A DNA stretch of 64,000 nt from an uncultured Verrucomicrobiae bacterium. GTDB lineage: Bacteria; Verrucomicrobiota; Verrucomicrobiia; Chthoniobacterales; UBA10450. A program made the position numbers and the translations under genes. Location of the stretch: contig CAWDGJ010000001.1 in the NCBI GenBank assembly GCA_963801815.1, forward strand, positions 32,001 to 96,000, read 5' to 3'. The notes below the pieces were generated by a model. That model was not told the origin of the DNA, searched no databases, and saw only the letters and a list, made by a program, of their open reading frames with translations. Shown piece by piece: positions 61,817 through 64,000 of this stretch (the first letter of the stretch is position 1; every line of letters starts with the position of its first letter).

Positions 61817-62360
61817 AGAAGAATTCCCGTACCTGCGTTGCGAATCCGGTCAGCTCTTTGAGTTCGATCGCGACTGGCTGCACGCCGCGATTAATCGCGC
61901 CGCCGACAAAGCCGGATATCCAAGCTGGTGGTTGACCGATCATGTGACCGAAAGCATTGCTTTCTATCTCCATTTGCGAAACGACGAGAACGTGGTCGCG
62001 TTCACTCAGCTTCAGGAGACGGTGCAATACGTTCTCAAGGCGATTGGTTACAAGGAAATCATTCCTTACTTTCGGCCCGCGCCGCCGCCGATTTCCATCT
62101 CGCTGATCGATATCGCATACCAAGCGGGCAGCGGCTACGAGCTGGCATTTTTTGATCTGCTGGAAAAGCGTCTCGCCGCCTTAATCGATACCGGCGTTGA
62201 TAATTTGCAGCTTTGCTCGCTCCAACCCTGCGTGAAACATTTGCGCTGTACCAGGGTTTGGACGCGCGCATGCGATTCTTTACGAGAAGAAATTGTCTGC
62301 TTCATTCGTGAACGGCTGACTTCTACGACGAGCGAACGATTGAAGTGCACGTTGAAGTAG
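61803..62360 (+). CDS. Hypothetical protein with degenerate ATP-cone-like N-terminus
   Basis: G...EFDRDWLHAAINRAA...LQETVQYVLKAIGY; overlaps nrdR stop. Confidence 0.6.
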   Translation: MVAFKEEFPYLRCESGQLFEFDRDWLHAAINRAADKAGYPSWWLTDHVTESIAFYLHLRNDENVVAFTQLQETVQYVLKAIGYKEIIPYFRPAPPPISISLIDIAYQAGSGYELAFFDLLEKRLAALIDTGVDNLQLCSLQPCVKHLRCTRVWTRACDSLREEIVCFIRERLTSTTSERLKCTLK

Positions 62361-62377
62361 GGCGGGTTCGACAAATC

Positions 62378-62716
62378 ATGACTATTTTTGAAAAAATAAT
62401 CGCGCGCGAGATTCCGGCGAAGATCATTTGGGACGACGACGAGGTGGTCGCGTTTCATGACGTGAACCCGCAGGCTCCGGTTCACGTTTTGATTGTGCCA
62501 AAAAAAGTGATCTCGCGATTGGGCGCGGCGACCGAAAAGGATTGCGCGCTCCTTGGGAAATTGTTGTTGGTGGCAGGCGAGCTCGCGAAGAAACTCGAGA
62601 TCGACAAGACCGGTTATCGAGTGGTTATCAACAGCGGGCCGGATGCGGGCGAAAGCGTACCTCACCTTCATGTTCATTTGTTAGGCAAGCGTGCTCTCGC
62701 CTGGCCTCCGGGCTAG
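62378..62716 (+). CDS. Histidine triad (HINT) nucleotide-binding protein
   Basis: TIFEKII, PQAPVHVLIVPK, HLHVHLLG. Confidence 0.95.
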   Translation: MTIFEKIIAREIPAKIIWDDDEVVAFHDVNPQAPVHVLIVPKKVISRLGAATEKDCALLGKLLLVAGELAKKLEIDKTGYRVVINSGPDAGESVPHLHVHLLGKRALAWPPG

Positions 62717-62783
62717 TTTCATTGCCAATCTCCAATTCCAATTTGGAAATGGCACTTCGCGCCTCGCCTAATGCGCCGCTGGT

Positions 62784-62847
62784 GTAGCGGTGCTTGATCT
62801 CAAGCACCGAACTCAGTAGACAGGCGCTTGAGACCAAGCGCCTCTAC
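62784..62847. repeat. GTAG REP doublet (family A, inverted)
   Basis: GTAGCGGTGCTTGATCTCAAGCACCG...GGCGCTTGAGACCAAGCGCCTCTAC. Confidence 0.88.
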
Positions 62848-62852
62848 AACCT

Positions 62853-63818
62853 ATGTCAGTAACCCTCTCACCGATCCGCTCGATCTCGCTGGACGAAATC
62901 AAAGACGCGCGGAACCGGATTGCGAAAACGATTGTCCGAACGCCACTGGTGCGCCTGGAGCTTGGTCCCGATTTTCCGGACATTCGCCTGAAACTGGAAA
63001 ATCTTCAGCCGATCAACGCCTACAAATTGCGTGGGGCGGCGAACGCGGTCGCGATGTTATCCGATTCGGAGCGCAAACGCGGTGTCTGGACAATCAGTGC
63101 TGGAAACGCGGGACAAGGTGTGGCTTACGCCGCGCGACAGGCTGGAGTTCCTTGCTCGGTCGTAGCGATTGAAACCGCACCGAAAGCGAAACTCGAACGA
63201 ATGCGCGCTTTGGGCGCCCGGCTCTTTCTTGTTTCCTATGACGTGGCCTGGAAGACGCTGGATGAGCGCGCATTTCCCGGCGTCGAAGGCACATTCGTTC
63301 ATCCGTTCGACGACCATAATTTCATCGCCGGTCACGGCACGATGGGGCTCGAGATTTTGGAAGACGCGCCCGATACCAAAGCGATCATTGCTGCGATCGG
63401 CGGCGGTGGATTGATCACCGGAGTCGCGAGCGCGATCAAGGCGCTTAAACCCGAAATTAAAGTCTTCGGAGCGGAACCCGAGACCGCTGCCCCGGCCGCG
63501 CTTTCTTTTGAAAAAGGCTCGCCGCAGGTCTTCAAAAATTGGAAGGCGTCGTTCGTTGATGGCGCAGGTGGCCAGAGCATGTTCCCGCGCATGTGGGAGC
63601 GGATGAAGCCGCTGGTCGATGATTACATCGTGGTCACGTTGGAACAAACCAGGAATGCGATGCGGTTGATGGCGGAAAAGGCGCGGGTGATCTCGGAAGG
63701 CGCCGGCGCTTTGCCACTGGCCGCGGCGCTAACCGGAAAAGCTGGCAAAGGGCCGATTGTTGCCATCGTTTCCGGCGGAAATATCGACCTCGCGAAATTC
63801 TCCGAGTTGATCGCGTGA
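62853..63818 (+). CDS. PLP-dependent threonine/serine dehydratase-family protein (no regulatory domain)
   Basis: KLENLQPINAYKLRGA, SAGNAGQG, IGGGGL, VSGGNID. Confidence 0.9.
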   Translation: MSVTLSPIRSISLDEIKDARNRIAKTIVRTPLVRLELGPDFPDIRLKLENLQPINAYKLRGAANAVAMLSDSERKRGVWTISAGNAGQGVAYAARQAGVPCSVVAIETAPKAKLERMRALGARLFLVSYDVAWKTLDERAFPGVEGTFVHPFDDHNFIAGHGTMGLEILEDAPDTKAIIAAIGGGGLITGVASAIKALKPEIKVFGAEPETAAPAALSFEKGSPQVFKNWKASFVDGAGGQSMFPRMWERMKPLVDDYIVVTLEQTRNAMRLMAEKARVISEGAGALPLAAALTGKAGKGPIVAIVSGGNIDLAKFSELIA

Positions 63819-63823
63819 TCAGC

Positions 63824-64000
63824 TCAATGCGCGTGAATCATTTCCCGGCAGCCTGCAATGTTGCCGACGAGCAAAATTACCAGCACGCCGTAGAGAATCA
63901 CAGCTCGCGTCGTGGTCTTCGATCGGAAGTAAAAATAACCGTGAACGATATAGATGAGATAAAGGCCTATGAGCACGCCCCAGCCGCCGTCGTTGGCGAG
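63824..64000 (-). CDS. 3' end of a membrane protein (runs off window)
   Basis: Hydrophobic ...AVILYGVLVILLVGNIAGCREMIHAH*. Confidence 0.45.
   Translation of the reverse strand, partial: LANDGGWGVLIGLYLIYIVHGYFYFRSKTTTRAVILYGVLVILLVGNIAGCREMIHAH

Noticed and set aside
6651..63647. Numerous long antisense ORFs over housekeeping genes
   Set aside because: These are shadow ORFs from codon bias opposite well-supported genes.

Overview
The window looks like an uncorrected nanopore-type sequence, with many single-base frameshifts, and is very probably chimeric. Bases ~1-5,900 are very GC-rich and Actinomycetota-like. They carry a membrane-anchored Hsp70-family gene, two tandem IniB-N-domain paralogs with a duplicated CCCCTA-repeat upstream region, and a His/Trp-rich repeat protein. 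A poly-T run plus ACGTATTGCT (ONT adapter-like) at ~5,920-5,955 is followed by a lower-GC chromosome segment whose gene content suggests soil Verrucomicrobiota (Chthoniobacterales-like; inference). That segment holds mostly housekeeping genes: nadE, fabI, treS-maltokinase, clpS, ybeY, panE, ndh, rpmI, ffs, moeB, tRNA-Lys, rpmH, rlmN, prs-rplY-pth-rpsF-ssb, dprA-topB and nrdR. Four things stand out. (1) A four-helix-bundle gene is bracketed by inverted octamer-repeat arms, and an 'empty' copy with the same termini lies 4 kb away, alongside several other short-period inverted-repeat elements. (2) An operon encodes three exported FecR-domain proteins, one fused to a ~900-aa beta-helix-like repeat region, plus an outer-membrane beta-barrel. 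(3) An integrase-less integron cassette module with a textbook attC is bracketed by direct REP-arm repeats. (4) Smaller items: a CADD-type pABA synthase, an Rrf2 operon with a double operator, and nrdR coupled to a degenerate ATP-cone protein.
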